This document shows, piece after piece, positions 28,587 to 39,756 of a stretch of DNA of 64,000 nt (position 1 is its first letter; each line of letters opens with the position of its first letter). The notes below the pieces were generated by a model that saw only the letters and a program-made list of their open reading frames with translations, was not told the origin of the DNA and searched no databases. The stretch is taken from the NCBI GenBank assembly GCA_023489435.1, contig JAMDCA010000037.1:23587-87586 (forward strand), written 5' to 3'. Position numbers and translations under genes: made by a program. The DNA comes from Thermoplasmatota archaeon. Lineage in GTDB: Archaea > Thermoplasmatota > Thermoplasmata > Thermoplasmatales > Thermoplasmataceae.

Positions 28587-29363
28587 TTAAACCCCGTATC
28601 TTCTTTTCCTTCCCTGATAGGAAATAATTGCCTTCAGGAAGTCCGTTTTTTTCAATTCAGGCCAGTTCACATCGGAGAAGTATAACTCGGAATAGGCAGA
28701 CTGCCAGAGCAGGAAGTTCGAGATCCTTTCCTCACCGCTTGTCCTGAATATGAGATCGGGATCAGGTAGGCTCTTGTCGTAAAGGAATTCGCGGAATTTT
28801 TCTTCTGTTATGTCGTCCACGGTCATTTTCCCATCTTCGATCTCTTTGTACATTTTTTTCATTGCATTTATGATTTCCTGCCTGCCACCATAGCCAATGG
28901 CTATGTTGAAACGGAAATTCTTGAACCCTTTGGTTGTTTCCTCAACCTTCTTGATTGTATTCTGCAGGTAATCCGGAAGATGGTCAAATTCGCCGATCAC
29001 TTTCACTCTGATCATGTTTTCATATATTCTCGGATCTTCTAGAAGATCAATGAATGCATCATTGATGAGCCTGAACAGAAATTCCACTTCCTTTCTGTCC
29101 CTGTTGAAATTTTCAGTGGAAAACCCAAAAACCGTAACTATTCTTACACCTGCGTCCATGCACCACTGGAGGACTTCCTCAAGCTTGTCCTTGCCCTTTA
29201 CGTGCCCCTCATTCGCACTGAGCCCGTTTCCCATTGCATAACGCCTGTTGCCGTCTGTTATGATGCCGATGTGCATTGGGACCTGACCTTTCTTCACTTC
29301 ATCCAGGAGGATCTTTTCGTATACCTCCGTGGTAAGGTTCCCAATCTGATCGGCGATTCCCAT
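28587..29363 (-). CDS. uppS: cis-Prenyltransferase (undecaprenyl/dolichyl diphosphate synthase, UppS family)
   Basis: HIGIITDGNRRYA and FRTSGEERISNFLLWQSAYSELYF motifs. Confidence 0.9.
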   Translation of the reverse strand: MGIADQIGNLTTEVYEKILLDEVKKGQVPMHIGIITDGNRRYAMGNGLSANEGHVKGKDKLEEVLQWCMDAGVRIVTVFGFSTENFNRDRKEVEFLFRLINDAFIDLLEDPRIYENMIRVKVIGEFDHLPDYLQNTIKKVEETTKGFKNFRFNIAIGYGGRQEIINAMKKMYKEIEDGKMTVDDITEEKFREFLYDKSLPDPDLIFRTSGEERISNFLLWQSAYSELYFSDVNWPELKKTDFLKAIISYQGRKRRYGV

Positions 29364-29396
29364 TCAGTCAACACTATGCAATTTTGAGCTTAATAT

Positions 29397-30362
29397 TTAT
29401 TCTCCGGTCTTGAGAGCTGTCAAAGAGTACATGGTGAGTGAACTTGAATACCCATGTACTTCCCTTTTTTTAATAATGTTGAGGCCGAGCCCGCGAAACT
29501 CTTCCATCCTCTCCTCAATTCCCTTCATGTCAAGGATTTCATAGTAATGCAATATGCCATTTCTATGAAGTTTTTCAATTGCCTTGCCGAGGTACCGGTG
29601 AGATTCATGCGGGAGGTTCATAATTATCCTGTCCGCATCCGGCAATGTGTCGATGATCTCCAGTGAATCACCGTATACAGGTTCTATGTGTCCAATAAGC
29701 CTGTTCAGTGCGATGCTTTCCTTCATGTACTGTACGGCATCCGGGTTGCTGTCGATGGCAACGATTGATGCCTTCTGCATTTTCGCGATGTTTAGGGAAA
29801 AGGCGCCTATTCCTGCAAACATGTCTATAATTTTCTCCCCTTCCCTGACCTCTCTTGATACAAACATCCGCTCTGTTGCCAGCCTTGGTGAAAAGTAAAC
29901 TTTGGAGACGTCGAGCCTGAAAATTAGCCCATTTTCACGATATTGCGTAATTGTGGCCGGTTCACCCCTTAACAGCTCTAAGTCACGTAACCGAAATGGG
30001 CCGGTTATCCCTTTGTCCAGGAATACCCCCCTAATATTGGGATGTGTTTCTGCCAAAGCGTCTGCAAGAGAAATAGCCCTATCTCTTTCCCTGATTTTGG
30101 TGATTGCTATGTCCCCTATTAGATCAAAAGCCCCCCCTGCAAGTTTTGGAAGATGCTTAACCTTTGAAGGGATTGGATCCATGGAAACCAGAACCCAGGG
30201 GTGGTCCCCAATTGCCTCAGATACGTTGGTGTTTTTCAGTGGTATGTAAACATAATGAGGATCGCGCTGGATCTGATTCTCGATGTCTATCCAGTTGCCT
30301 TTTCTAAGCTGCAGGAGAATGGCTTGCGCATCTAACTTTGAAACCTTAAGGTAATCCTTCAA
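29397..30362 (-). CDS. trm5: tRNA (guanine37-N1)-methyltransferase Trm5/Taw22 family (Met-10+ like)
   Basis: SAM motif DMFAGIGAFS and NLP motif IIMNLPH. 321 aa. Overlaps the hel308 stop by 4 nt. Confidence 0.8.
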   Translation of the reverse strand: MKDYLKVSKLDAQAILLQLRKGNWIDIENQIQRDPHYVYIPLKNTNVSEAIGDHPWVLVSMDPIPSKVKHLPKLAGGAFDLIGDIAITKIRERDRAISLADALAETHPNIRGVFLDKGITGPFRLRDLELLRGEPATITQYRENGLIFRLDVSKVYFSPRLATERMFVSREVREGEKIIDMFAGIGAFSLNIAKMQKASIVAIDSNPDAVQYMKESIALNRLIGHIEPVYGDSLEIIDTLPDADRIIMNLPHESHRYLGKAIEKLHRNGILHYYEILDMKGIEERMEEFRGLGLNIIKKREVHGYSSSLTMYSLTALKTGE

Positions 30363-32437
30363 CTTCGTCTCCTCTGAAGTATTGTCCTTGCATGGCTGAT
30401 GGTTTCAGTTGCCAGTTTGTGGGAGAAACCGGCTATTCTGGTAACCTCCGGCTCAGTGGCAACGGCCACTGAATCCAGGCTGGTCAGGCCAGAAGCATAG
30501 AGCCTCCTTGCCCTCACCCTGCCTATATTCGGTATAGCGGTAAGTTCCCATATGTCCTCCTTGATTCCTTCCCTGATCCTGATTGCCAGCATTTCAAAGT
30601 AGGTCCGCCTCTCAGCCAGATACATGGATGCGAGCCTGGAAAGCGAATAGGCCATCCATTCAGCGCTGCTTACCTTTGCCTGGATGTCACCCGGCCCTAT
30701 GCCGTATCTATTGGTTATATAATCCGCCGATTTTTCGCTAATCCAGTCATAAAGCACCATGGCAGTCTTGGCGCTGTTGAAGTAATCACTGCTGTCCTGA
30801 TATTCAAGGCTGTTCTCTTCCATGAAAAATAGGATATCCTCCGTGTCATCCCTCTTGGCAATGAGGGAGGGCACTTCAGGGGTGAGGCAGATGTTGTACA
30901 GTGTCCTCTGGTCATTGATGTTGCCCCCATCAATGTATCTCTTCAGCACAAGGGCGGAAACGGGGTCAATATAAAGGTCACTGACGGTCTTGCCAAACTT
31001 GGTGATTTTGTATTCATCCTCTGTTCCCTGAATGAAACCATTTTCGTGCAGAAATGCCAATGCTCCCTCGAACCTGTTCCTGTGCAAAGATATATCTTTC
31101 TGGTAGCCCAGCAGGGTCTTCTCGTGAAACTTCATCAGGCCTTCTATGTTCCCTGCGAGTCCGGTACTTACAAGTGCAAGAGTATTGAATCTTATTAGCG
31201 ACTCTTTCCCTATGCCCGAGAAAACCGGTTCCGGTTCTCCGTCAAGATATTCCCAGGCCCGCTCCATTGAGGTTTCCGACGCGGCATAAATGATTCCAAA
31301 TCCTGTTCGGTCATATTTTGGCCTGCCTGCTCTTCCCAGCATCTGGTGTACCTCTGTGTTTGAAATATATCCCACATAGCCATCGGAAAATCTCGTGATG
31401 TCCCTTATGACGACCACTCTGGCAGGAAGATTTACACCGGCAGCCAGGGTTGGAGTGGCAACAAGAACTTTTATCTTCCCTTCCCGGAAAAGGGATTCCA
31501 CAACATTCCTTTGAGCTGAGGAAAGGCCAGCGTGGTGAAAACTGACTCCCTTGGGTATGAGTTCCGAAAGAATTCCCTGGTACCTGTCTGTTTCTCCGCC
31601 CCATGGTGGTTCCCACTTTATAGTCCCCACCACACCCTCCTCAAGTGAGAATGAAAGTTTCCTTGCCAGATCTTCCGCCCTCTTTCTAGAGTTGACGAAA
31701 ACCAGCAGTTGGCCTCCCTGCAGAATAAAATGCTCACAGAGCCGGGAGAGGTCATCTTTTCCCTTGAACAAAATAGGATCATCCCCTTCCTGAAATTCAA
31801 GTGTCCTGTTGAAGAGAACTCCCCTTTCGAGCTTAACAGGGCGAAAATCGCTGACAACCGCCTCTGCATCAAGCCAGCCTGATACATCCTCAATGTTGGA
31901 TATTGTGGCAGAGAGTCCCAGTATCCTTGTGTCAGGATTCATGTATCGCGCAGCTGAGAGAAATGTTTCAAGCCTTGCGCCCCTGCTCTCATCCCCTATT
32001 AGATGAAGCTCATCCGCAACTATGAGAGATATCCCGAACATAATGGATGGATCGTGATGAAAAAGTGAATCGGCCTTTTCAGATGTGCATACGATTACAT
32101 CAAACCTCTTTATGAACTCAGGTGAATCGTCATAATCACCAACAGATATAGCCACCTTGAGTCCCAGAGATGACATTCTTTTCAGATCGTCGTACTTTTC
32201 AGAGGCCAGGGCCCTGAGTGGCACTATATACATGGACTTGCGGCCTTTCAGGAATTCCCTGTAAATTGCAACATACGCTATGAGGGATTTGCCTGAGGCT
32301 GTTGGTACAGAAACCACCACGTTCCTGCCAGACTGAAGGTGATTGATTGCCTCCTCCTGGTGAGGATATAGTTCCAGGTCAGCACCATCGAACATATCAA
32401 GAAACTGCCCTGGCAAATCCAGTCCTGTTAATCTCAT
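30359..32437 (-). CDS. hel308: Ski2-like DNA helicase Hel308
   Basis: Walker A PTASGKS, DELH box (VADELHLIGD), HHAGL, QMLGRAGRP. 692 aa. Confidence 0.85.
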   Translation of the reverse strand: MRLTGLDLPGQFLDMFDGADLELYPHQEEAINHLQSGRNVVVSVPTASGKSLIAYVAIYREFLKGRKSMYIVPLRALASEKYDDLKRMSSLGLKVAISVGDYDDSPEFIKRFDVIVCTSEKADSLFHHDPSIMFGISLIVADELHLIGDESRGARLETFLSAARYMNPDTRILGLSATISNIEDVSGWLDAEAVVSDFRPVKLERGVLFNRTLEFQEGDDPILFKGKDDLSRLCEHFILQGGQLLVFVNSRKRAEDLARKLSFSLEEGVVGTIKWEPPWGGETDRYQGILSELIPKGVSFHHAGLSSAQRNVVESLFREGKIKVLVATPTLAAGVNLPARVVVIRDITRFSDGYVGYISNTEVHQMLGRAGRPKYDRTGFGIIYAASETSMERAWEYLDGEPEPVFSGIGKESLIRFNTLALVSTGLAGNIEGLMKFHEKTLLGYQKDISLHRNRFEGALAFLHENGFIQGTEDEYKITKFGKTVSDLYIDPVSALVLKRYIDGGNINDQRTLYNICLTPEVPSLIAKRDDTEDILFFMEENSLEYQDSSDYFNSAKTAMVLYDWISEKSADYITNRYGIGPGDIQAKVSSAEWMAYSLSRLASMYLAERRTYFEMLAIRIREGIKEDIWELTAIPNIGRVRARRLYASGLTSLDSVAVATEPEVTRIAGFSHKLATETISHARTILQRRRS

Positions 32438-32558
32438 TATCCATGGTTTATGTCAACTAAAAACTAAATATTTGCACTCCGAAGTACCACCGTCTCTGTT
32501 TTCTAGTTACAGGTTTCCTGATACAGAAAATTAATATGGACACCGTGTTTTTCAGCAG

Positions 32559-33215
32559 TTGAGCCAAAGACCTTATGTCATTGTGAACGTCGCACAGAGC
32601 CTGAATGGCTTTATTTCAGGCAAGGATGGCAGAAAAGTCATCATTTCCTCTCCAGAGGATATGGTTAGGGTACATGAATTAAGATCCGAAGTTGAAGCCA
32701 TACTCATTGGCTCCGGAACAGTAATTGCAGATGACCCCAGGCTCATAGTTGACCAGAACGTCGTCCAGAAGGAAAAATTTCCATTGAGAGTCGTTCTTGA
32801 CCGGAGTCTGAGGACCAGGATTGGATCAAGAGTCTATGACTCGTCAGCAAAAACTGTTATCTATACGGCGAAAGCCAGGGAAGATGACAGGAAATGTGAG
32901 ATAAGGACCAGAGATGAAAAGGGGCTTAAGCTTCAGAACATTCTTTCTGAGCTCCATGAAGAAGGTATCAGAAAAATTTTAGTGGAAGGTGGCAGGTCCA
33001 TTATAACCAATTTTATTGAGGAACGTTTCATTGATGAGTTTTACATCTATATCGGCGACATCATTATCGAAGATGGGGGGCTCGAGTTGTTTTCCCCTGG
33101 CTTTGAAATCCGCAACGTGATTAAATCTGTTGAATCCTTCGGCAAAGGTGTTCTTATAAGCCTTGATCCATATCACTTACAGAGACTATGGAAAACACAA
33201 GTAAAGGATTCCTGA
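32559..33215 (+). CDS. 2,5-diamino-6-ribosylamino-4(3H)-pyrimidinone 5'-phosphate reductase (RibD C-terminal domain family)
   Basis: PYVIVNVAQSLNGFISGKDG..., ILIGSGTVIADDPRL, ILVEGGRSI. TTG start. Confidence 0.75.
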   Translation: MSQRPYVIVNVAQSLNGFISGKDGRKVIISSPEDMVRVHELRSEVEAILIGSGTVIADDPRLIVDQNVVQKEKFPLRVVLDRSLRTRIGSRVYDSSAKTVIYTAKAREDDRKCEIRTRDEKGLKLQNILSELHEEGIRKILVEGGRSIITNFIEERFIDEFYIYIGDIIIEDGGLELFSPGFEIRNVIKSVESFGKGVLISLDPYHLQRLWKTQVKDS

Positions 33216-34423
33216 GACTTGGATGGGCCAGAGAAAGGATGGATGTTACATCTCAGATTCGGGAGAGATTCATCCAGGAAAAGCCACTCAAGGGAGTGAA
33301 AATTTCCATGGCTTTGCATGTGGAAGCCAAAACCGGTATTTTCGCCCTTCTACTGAGGGAAGGCGGTGCAGAGATAAGAATGGCCTCCTGCAATCCGCTA
33401 AGCTCAGATGACAGCGTCGTCCAGTCCCTTAAGGATGATTATAAAATGGACGTTTATGCAAAAAAAGGTGAGACAGATGATGAATACTATGAGTACCTCA
33501 ATAAAACCCTTGATCTCAAGCCCAACGTCATAATCGATGACGGAGGGGACCTTGTCAAGATTGTGTCAGAAGACCGTACCGATCTGCTGGACAATATCAT
33601 CGGGGGGAATGAGGAGACTACAACAGGCGTGGTGAGGCTTTTCGCCATGGAAAAGGCCGGTGCATTGAAATTTCCAATGTTTGATGTGAACGATGCTGAA
33701 ATGAAGCATTTCTTTGACAATAGGTACGGCACAGGCCAGAGCACACTTGATGGCATTATGTCCGCAACCAATGTCCTGTTGGCAGGAAAGAAGATTGTGG
33801 TTGCAGGTTATGGATGGTGTGGCAAGGGTATTGCCATGCGGATGAAGGGCCTCGGCGGCCTGGTAACTGTGACGGAGATTAACCCGGTCAAAGCTGTGGA
33901 AGCTGCAATGGATGGCTTCGACGTCAAACCCATGAATCTGGCCATAAGGGAAGCTGATCTTGTTGTAACTGCAACCGGAATGAAGAATGTGGTATCCTAC
34001 TCAGACCTGCTTGTGGCTAAGAAAAATCTCATACTTGCAAACTCAGGCCACTTCAACAATGAGATCCCTGTGAGAGAACTTGAGACGAAGTCGCTTGAGA
34101 AAAGGCCTGTAAGAGAATCCATAAACAGATACAAGCTTGAAAACGGAAATACCATTGACCTTATTGCTGACGGCAGGCTGGTGAACCTTGCAGCGGGACA
34201 GGGGCACCCGGTCGAAATTATGGACATGAGTTTCTCCATTCAGGCATTGACAGCAGAATATCTGGTTAAGAACCACCAGAAGCTTGAGAAGAAAGTGTAT
34301 CCTGTTCCAAGAGAATTAGATCTGGAGGTTGCAAACCTTAAACTTAAAGGGCTTGATCTTTCAATTGACAGACTTACCGATGAACAGACGAAATACGGTG
34401 AAGAGTGGAAGGAAGGAACCTGA
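33188..34423 (+). CDS. ahcY: Adenosylhomocysteinase
   Basis: SCNPLSSDD, NAD-binding VAGYGWCGKG, NSGHFNNEI. 411 aa. Confidence 0.9.
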   Translation: MENTSKGFLRLGWARERMDVTSQIRERFIQEKPLKGVKISMALHVEAKTGIFALLLREGGAEIRMASCNPLSSDDSVVQSLKDDYKMDVYAKKGETDDEYYEYLNKTLDLKPNVIIDDGGDLVKIVSEDRTDLLDNIIGGNEETTTGVVRLFAMEKAGALKFPMFDVNDAEMKHFFDNRYGTGQSTLDGIMSATNVLLAGKKIVVAGYGWCGKGIAMRMKGLGGLVTVTEINPVKAVEAAMDGFDVKPMNLAIREADLVVTATGMKNVVSYSDLLVAKKNLILANSGHFNNEIPVRELETKSLEKRPVRESINRYKLENGNTIDLIADGRLVNLAAGQGHPVEIMDMSFSIQALTAEYLVKNHQKLEKKVYPVPRELDLEVANLKLKGLDLSIDRLTDEQTKYGEEWKEGT

Positions 34424-34439
34424 ACAGGTGAGTTGAACC

Positions 34440-35654
34440 ATGAAGAAAATCTTCCTTATTGTTCTGGATGGGCTTGGGGACAGACCTAATATAGAACTTC
34501 AGGGCAGAACAGCCCTTCAAGCCGCTTACAAGCCGAATCTTAACAGGCTTGTAAAGGAAGGGCAGGCCGGGATAATGCATCCTGTATCTCCAGGAAGCAG
34601 AACTGGGTCTGATACATCACACCTCTCACTGTTAGGTTATGACCCTGCGAAATATTACACTGGAAGGGGGCCATTTGAGGCTATGGGCCTTGGAATGACT
34701 GTGCTGGGTGGAGATATTGCCTTTAGGGCAAACTTTGGAGCTGTCGATGCAAATGGCGTGGTTACCGACAGAAGGGCTGGCAGGATTACTTCCGGCACAG
34801 ACAAACTTGCAGATGTTCTCTCCTTCTCTGTTGATGGAATTGATTTCTTTGTCAAGGCGGGAGTGGAGCACAGAGCTGCCCTTGTCATGAGAGGAAAGGG
34901 CTTATCCGACCGCATAACTGATTCTGATCCGCATGAGCCCGGATTGAAAGTGCGTGAGGTGAAACCTCTGGATGAAAAAGGAAAATTCACAGCTGATGTC
35001 CTGAATAAATACCTTTCAATGGCAAGGAAGAAGTTAACTGATCATCCGGTGAACACAGAGAGAATAAGGGAAGGAAAAGAACCAGCCAATGAACTGCTTA
35101 TAAGAGGCGCAGGGCAGGCACCGACTCTAACGCCATTCAGCGAACTTTTTGGAATGAAAGCTGCGTGCATATCTGGCATACCAATGATAACAGGGATTTG
35201 CCGCCTGGTAGGAATGGACAGCATTGCTGTGAAAGGGGCCACAGGGAGGCTAGACAGCGATTTCAGGGCAAAATTCGAAGCCGCTTACAAAACATTGAAC
35301 GATTACGATTTTCTCATTATGAATGTAAAGGCAACAGATATTGCAGGGCATGACGGGAATCCTATTGCCAAGAGGGATGCCATACAGAGAATTGACACTG
35401 CAATGAAAGATATTGACAAGATACTGCAAGATACCGTGGTGTGTATTACTGGTGACCATTCTACGCCTTGCGCAATGAAGGACCATTCTGGTGATCCATT
35501 GCCCATATTATTCAGTACAGGCGGAATAAGGAAGGATCGGGCAAAATTGTTTGATGAAATATCATGCACTGAAGGTACCTACAACATCAATAGCGGAGAT
35601 GTCATGAAAATTCTGCTTCAGTTGTCTGACAGAGCAGAAAAATATGGAGCATGA
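34440..35654 (+). CDS. apgM: 2,3-bisphosphoglycerate-independent phosphoglycerate mutase, archaeal type
   Basis: MKKIFLIVLDGLGDRP, NVKATDIAGHDGN, ITGDHSTPC. Confidence 0.88.
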   Translation: MKKIFLIVLDGLGDRPNIELQGRTALQAAYKPNLNRLVKEGQAGIMHPVSPGSRTGSDTSHLSLLGYDPAKYYTGRGPFEAMGLGMTVLGGDIAFRANFGAVDANGVVTDRRAGRITSGTDKLADVLSFSVDGIDFFVKAGVEHRAALVMRGKGLSDRITDSDPHEPGLKVREVKPLDEKGKFTADVLNKYLSMARKKLTDHPVNTERIREGKEPANELLIRGAGQAPTLTPFSELFGMKAACISGIPMITGICRLVGMDSIAVKGATGRLDSDFRAKFEAAYKTLNDYDFLIMNVKATDIAGHDGNPIAKRDAIQRIDTAMKDIDKILQDTVVCITGDHSTPCAMKDHSGDPLPILFSTGGIRKDRAKLFDEISCTEGTYNINSGDVMKILLQLSDRAEKYGA

Positions 35655-35754
35655 TTATTGGTAGGGCAATAACCCGGAAAATGGCTTGTCAACAACCATA
35701 ATTTTTTCAAAAATTACTTGAGTCAAAAAGATTATATATATACCAGTCAATAGC

Positions 35755-36435
35755 ATGTCTGACAATTGGATGACACCTAAGGCTTTTGGTTTGGGAAACT
35801 TCAAGGAGAATTTTAAGATCCACAGCTTGAAAAAGGAATATGACAAAAGAAACAAGAAGGATATCCTGACTTACTCACAACCTAAAGGCATTTACTACTC
35901 CATAATTTTTTCACTGATGCTTTGGTGGATACCTATAGCCGGACCCGCAATTGCAGGATATCTCGGTGGAAGGAAATCCGGAACCACGTCCAAGGCACTC
36001 ACTTCATCTCTCATTGCCACCTCAATCATAATGATGATTACGTTCGCGATGGCGCCATTCACGTCAGGCGCATTGGCAGGAGTGAACTACTACTTCAGCA
36101 ATGGTGTTCTGACAGTGAGTCAGAGCCAATTATTTGCATATTCAGGCCTTCTGAACGACCTCTACACAGGTTACGGCATCTTCAAGACATTCACACTCAT
36201 CCTTCCCGGCTCGCTTGTGCTTCTTAACATATTCAGTTACACAGGTGGATTCATGAGTACCCTCAAGACCCAGGAAGACAACCTATCTTACAGCTATATG
36301 AGCAAAGATATAGATGAGAGGCTCAGGGCAGTTAGATCAGCCCCGAAGGTGCAGATGGGCAGAAGACTGATCAAAGAATTCACGGATGGAACCAACGACG
36401 ACGAAGAGGGAGTTGGCGGTTGGAGTTATCTATAA
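35755..36435 (+). CDS. Hypothetical integral membrane protein with acidic C-terminal tail
   Basis: Four predicted TM segments. C-terminus TNDDEEGVGGWSYL. No recognisable family. Confidence 0.5.
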   Translation: MSDNWMTPKAFGLGNFKENFKIHSLKKEYDKRNKKDILTYSQPKGIYYSIIFSLMLWWIPIAGPAIAGYLGGRKSGTTSKALTSSLIATSIIMMITFAMAPFTSGALAGVNYYFSNGVLTVSQSQLFAYSGLLNDLYTGYGIFKTFTLILPGSLVLLNIFSYTGGFMSTLKTQEDNLSYSYMSKDIDERLRAVRSAPKVQMGRRLIKEFTDGTNDDEEGVGGWSYL

Positions 36436-36481
36436 ATCAAGCGTAACAATTTTTTACCACATATATCTTAACCACTCATAA

Positions 36482-37807
36482 ATGATAGACATCAAGCTTC
36501 TCAGGGAGAATCCCAGTTTATTCTATGATTCGTGTAAAGCCAGGGGCTTTGATACTAAGGTCCTGGACCAGTTCTTTCAACTGGATGAAAAATGGAGGGA
36601 AAATCTCAAGGCCATTAACCAGGTAAAACACGAAAAAAACAACCTAAGCCTGGAAGTCTCAACAGCTGTCAAAGAAGGCAGGGATCCCTCTCAGATAAAG
36701 GAGAAAGTAAGGGATCTGAATACAAAGTTAGCCTCAATTGAGGGTGAACAGAAGGAAATTGAAGATTCCAGAACAAGAATTGCAAAACTAATTCCTAACC
36801 TGCTCGACAAAGGGGCCCCTCATTGCCTCACCGAAGAAGAAGCTGTACTCGTTCGTACCTGGGGTACTGCAAAGGTCTTCCAGGAAGACATTGAATCATT
36901 CAAAAAAGCAGCCAACGGAATGGAATACGAAGTGCTTGAGAGCAGGCCGACGAGCCATGTGGACCTGGTACAGGATATTGGTATTGTTGATCTCGAGAGG
37001 GCGGCTAAGACTTCAGGGGCAAGATTCTATTTCATGAAGAACAGGCTTGTGAAGCTCGAAATGGCCTTAGTAAACTACGCGCTGGATTTTCTATCAGAAA
37101 GGGGATTTGAACTTGTGGAACCACCCTTTATGCTTAACTACAAGGCAATGGAGGGGGCAACTGACGTTGAAACCTTCAAAGACACCTTGTACAAGATTGA
37201 GGGGGAGGATCTCTACCTCATATCAACAGCGGAACATCCACTTGCAGCTTATTTCCAGGATGAGATACTTGAAGAAAGTAACCTGCCTGTGAGGCTGGCC
37301 GGGATATCTCCGTGTTTCAGGAAAGAAGCGGGCTCTCACGGGAAAGACACAAAGGGCATATTCAGGGTGCACCAGTTCACAAAAATTGAACAGTTTATTT
37401 ACTGCAGGCCGGAAGATTCCTGGGATTTCTTTGATGAACTGGTAAAGAACTCTGAGGATATGTTCAGGAGCCTGGAACTACCTTACAGGGTGGTAAACAT
37501 CTGCTCAGGAGACTTGGGGAATCTTGCTTCCAGGAAATTTGACATAGAGGCATGGTTCCCATCGCAGGGAAAATTCAGGGAAGTAGTTTCAGCTTCCAAC
37601 GACACCGATTACCAGTCAAGATCCCTGAACATAAGGTACAGGGCGAAAGGAGGAAACAGGTTTGTTCACACACTCAACAGCACTGCAGTTGCCACCACGA
37701 GGGCACTTGTTGCCATTATGGAGAACAACCAGCTCAAAGATCAAACTGGTTTCCACGTCCCAAAGGCACTGATTCCTTACACAGGCTTTGAAACCATTAC
37801 AAAATAA
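36482..37807 (+). CDS. serS: Seryl-tRNA synthetase (type 1)
   Basis: N-terminal coiled-coil arm and class II motifs (GISPCFRKEAGSHGKDTKGIFRVHQF; TLNSTAVATTRALVAIMENNQ). Confidence 0.9.
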   Translation: MIDIKLLRENPSLFYDSCKARGFDTKVLDQFFQLDEKWRENLKAINQVKHEKNNLSLEVSTAVKEGRDPSQIKEKVRDLNTKLASIEGEQKEIEDSRTRIAKLIPNLLDKGAPHCLTEEEAVLVRTWGTAKVFQEDIESFKKAANGMEYEVLESRPTSHVDLVQDIGIVDLERAAKTSGARFYFMKNRLVKLEMALVNYALDFLSERGFELVEPPFMLNYKAMEGATDVETFKDTLYKIEGEDLYLISTAEHPLAAYFQDEILEESNLPVRLAGISPCFRKEAGSHGKDTKGIFRVHQFTKIEQFIYCRPEDSWDFFDELVKNSEDMFRSLELPYRVVNICSGDLGNLASRKFDIEAWFPSQGKFREVVSASNDTDYQSRSLNIRYRAKGGNRFVHTLNSTAVATTRALVAIMENNQLKDQTGFHVPKALIPYTGFETITK

Positions 37808-37809
37808 TT

Positions 37810-39264
37810 TTACCTGGTTCTCTCCGCATATGCCATTTTAGCAGAAGTGGGGGAAAATTTTTTCCACCGGTCCAGTATTGGAAGCCGGTCCTCGTTCACC
37901 TGATCCATGACGTTGAGATACCCTAAAATTCCATTAACAGCCTTGTCTGCATCCCTAACTGCACTTATGAGGTCCCTTGATGCGTTTGTTGAGTCTCCTC
38001 CAGAGAAGACCCCATTTAGGGACGTCATGCCAGTTTCATTTGTAATGGGTTGGCCCTGAGGTGTCAGGCGAAGATTCCTGAGATATTCATCGCCCATGAA
38101 TCCATAATCAGTTTCCTGTCCTGTTGCCTCGATTATGAAATCTACGTCTATTTCGTGCACCTTGTCCTTGTTTGGGACTGGCCTGGCACGGCCCCCTTTT
38201 TCAGTAACCATCTCGTTCTGCCAGTACCTGAGCTTTACAGCCCTGTTGCCTTCCTTGACATACTCGAATGGGGTTACTTCCCAGACATAATGGACGTATT
38301 CTTCAATGGATTCTTCCATTTCCTCATCTGCATTCATGCTGGGGTATCCAGGCCTGTCAATTTCCCGCCTTCTGTACATGATATAAACATTATTTGCCCC
38401 GAGCCTCATGGATGTCCTGGATGAATCGTTGGCAGTAAATCCCCCTCCGATGACCACAACATTCTTCCCAACATCGATGTGCTCACCAAAACTTACTCTC
38501 CTTAGAAATTCTGTTGCATGGATTACATTCACTGCATCACTGCCGGGGGTGCCGGTCATGTGTGGCTTCTGGTTCCCTACTGAAATGTAAACGGCGTCGT
38601 AGGACTTCAATATCTCATCAAATGTGATGTCTTTTCCGACTTCCGTGTTAAGTTTTACGTCAACGCCCTGTGAGATTATGAACCCGATCTCCTTGTCTAT
38701 GACTTCTTGCGGCAGCCTGTATCTGGGGATACCTGTCTTCATGAACCCCCCCAGCGCCGGAAGTTTTTCAAACAACGCAACCTTGATTCCTTGAATTGAA
38801 AGGTAATAAGAGGCTGTCAGGCCTGACGGGCCGCCCCCGATAACCGCGACTTTCTTTCCGATAAATTTCTTCCTCGGAAGCTGCAGAATTTCACCATAAT
38901 CATTGAACTTGTCAGCGGCATAGCGCTTAATGTGCCTTATTGCTATTGGGCCACCTGTGTCATACATTACGCAAATATCTTCGCAAAGATGTGTGCACAC
39001 CCTGCCTATTACTGCAGGAAAGGGAAGATTCTCGAAAACTATTCTAACCGTCTGGGCCGGATCGCCTACTGCTGTGCTGTTAATATAACCGCCAATATCC
39101 AAGCTGGCAGGACACGCCTGTGTGCAGATATTGCAGCCAATGCACCTGCTTGATTCGGCAATAGCTTCGCTATCTGAGTACTCCTTGACTGCTTCCAGCC
39201 GGAAACTCTTAACCCTCTTCTGGGGGTCTTCATGTGCTATTTTGACACGCTCAAAATTTAGCAT
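37810..39264 (-). CDS. GltD/SudA-family NAD(P)H-dependent FAD oxidoreductase with N-terminal Fe-S clusters
   Basis: [12 protein letters not shown] motif. Dinucleotide fold [17 protein letters not shown] and [13 protein letters not shown]. 484 aa. Confidence 0.75.
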   Translation of the reverse strand: MLNFERVKIAHEDPQKRVKSFRLEAVKEYSDSEAIAESSRCIGCNICTQACPASLDIGGYINSTAVGDPAQTVRIVFENLPFPAVIGRVCTHLCEDICVMYDTGGPIAIRHIKRYAADKFNDYGEILQLPRKKFIGKKVAVIGGGPSGLTASYYLSIQGIKVALFEKLPALGGFMKTGIPRYRLPQEVIDKEIGFIISQGVDVKLNTEVGKDITFDEILKSYDAVYISVGNQKPHMTGTPGSDAVNVIHATEFLRRVSFGEHIDVGKNVVVIGGGFTANDSSRTSMRLGANNVYIMYRRREIDRPGYPSMNADEEMEESIEEYVHYVWEVTPFEYVKEGNRAVKLRYWQNEMVTEKGGRARPVPNKDKVHEIDVDFIIEATGQETDYGFMGDEYLRNLRLTPQGQPITNETGMTSLNGVFSGGDSTNASRDLISAVRDADKAVNGILGYLNVMDQVNEDRLPILDRWKKFSPTSAKMAYAERTR

Positions 39265-39354
39265 TATACGACCCTGCCCTTAAATCGCCACATCAATTAT
39301 AAACATTTTTTCACAGATAGAGCAAATTTCCAGCTCTAATTGAGGTTCAATCCA

Positions 39355-39756
39355 TCAGGCAAATCTCGGTATCACCAGCATGGCAAAAAACAGGTTGAAA
39401 AGCACAATAATGCTCATTGCTACGTAAAGTCTGTTCTTTTCCTTCAGGAAGTCAATTATTGCGATAAATACCACTGAAATTGGAGTGAAGATCAATACCC
39501 ACAGACCTGTGGTTATATAGTAAATTCCATCCAATGCAGCAAGTCCAGCAGGTATTCCTCCAAGTGGGATGGAATGAGAATCAAAGCTGTTGCTGAAATT
39601 TGAAAGATAAGATAGAGTATGGTTCATGCCCCCATTCCTGACAAACAAAAGGACGGTGCCAAAGGCTATGAAAAAAAGGCTCAGTAAAACCCCTGTCCTC
39701 AGCACATAGCTTGTTATGAGATCAAGATCAATTTCCTTTTGCATTTTTCTCAACAC
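39355..39756 (-). CDS. DUF1634-like small membrane protein (usual partner of TauE/SafE permeases)
   Basis: 133 aa, 4 TM. Overlaps the upstream TauE/SafE-like gene end. Confidence 0.5.
   Translation of the reverse strand: MLRKMQKEIDLDLITSYVLRTGVLLSLFFIAFGTVLLFVRNGGMNHTLSYLSNFSNSFDSHSIPLGGIPAGLAALDGIYYITTGLWVLIFTPISVVFIAIIDFLKEKNRLYVAMSIIVLFNLFFAMLVIPRFA

Noticed and set aside
33188-33215. 28-nt overlap between the riboflavin-pathway reductase and ahcY, as a possible mis-called start or programmed frameshift
   Set aside because: The AhcY N-terminus (GFLRLGWARERMDV) aligns with the conserved start of adenosylhomocysteinases, so ATG 33188 is plausible. Overlaps of this kind are common in this compact genome.
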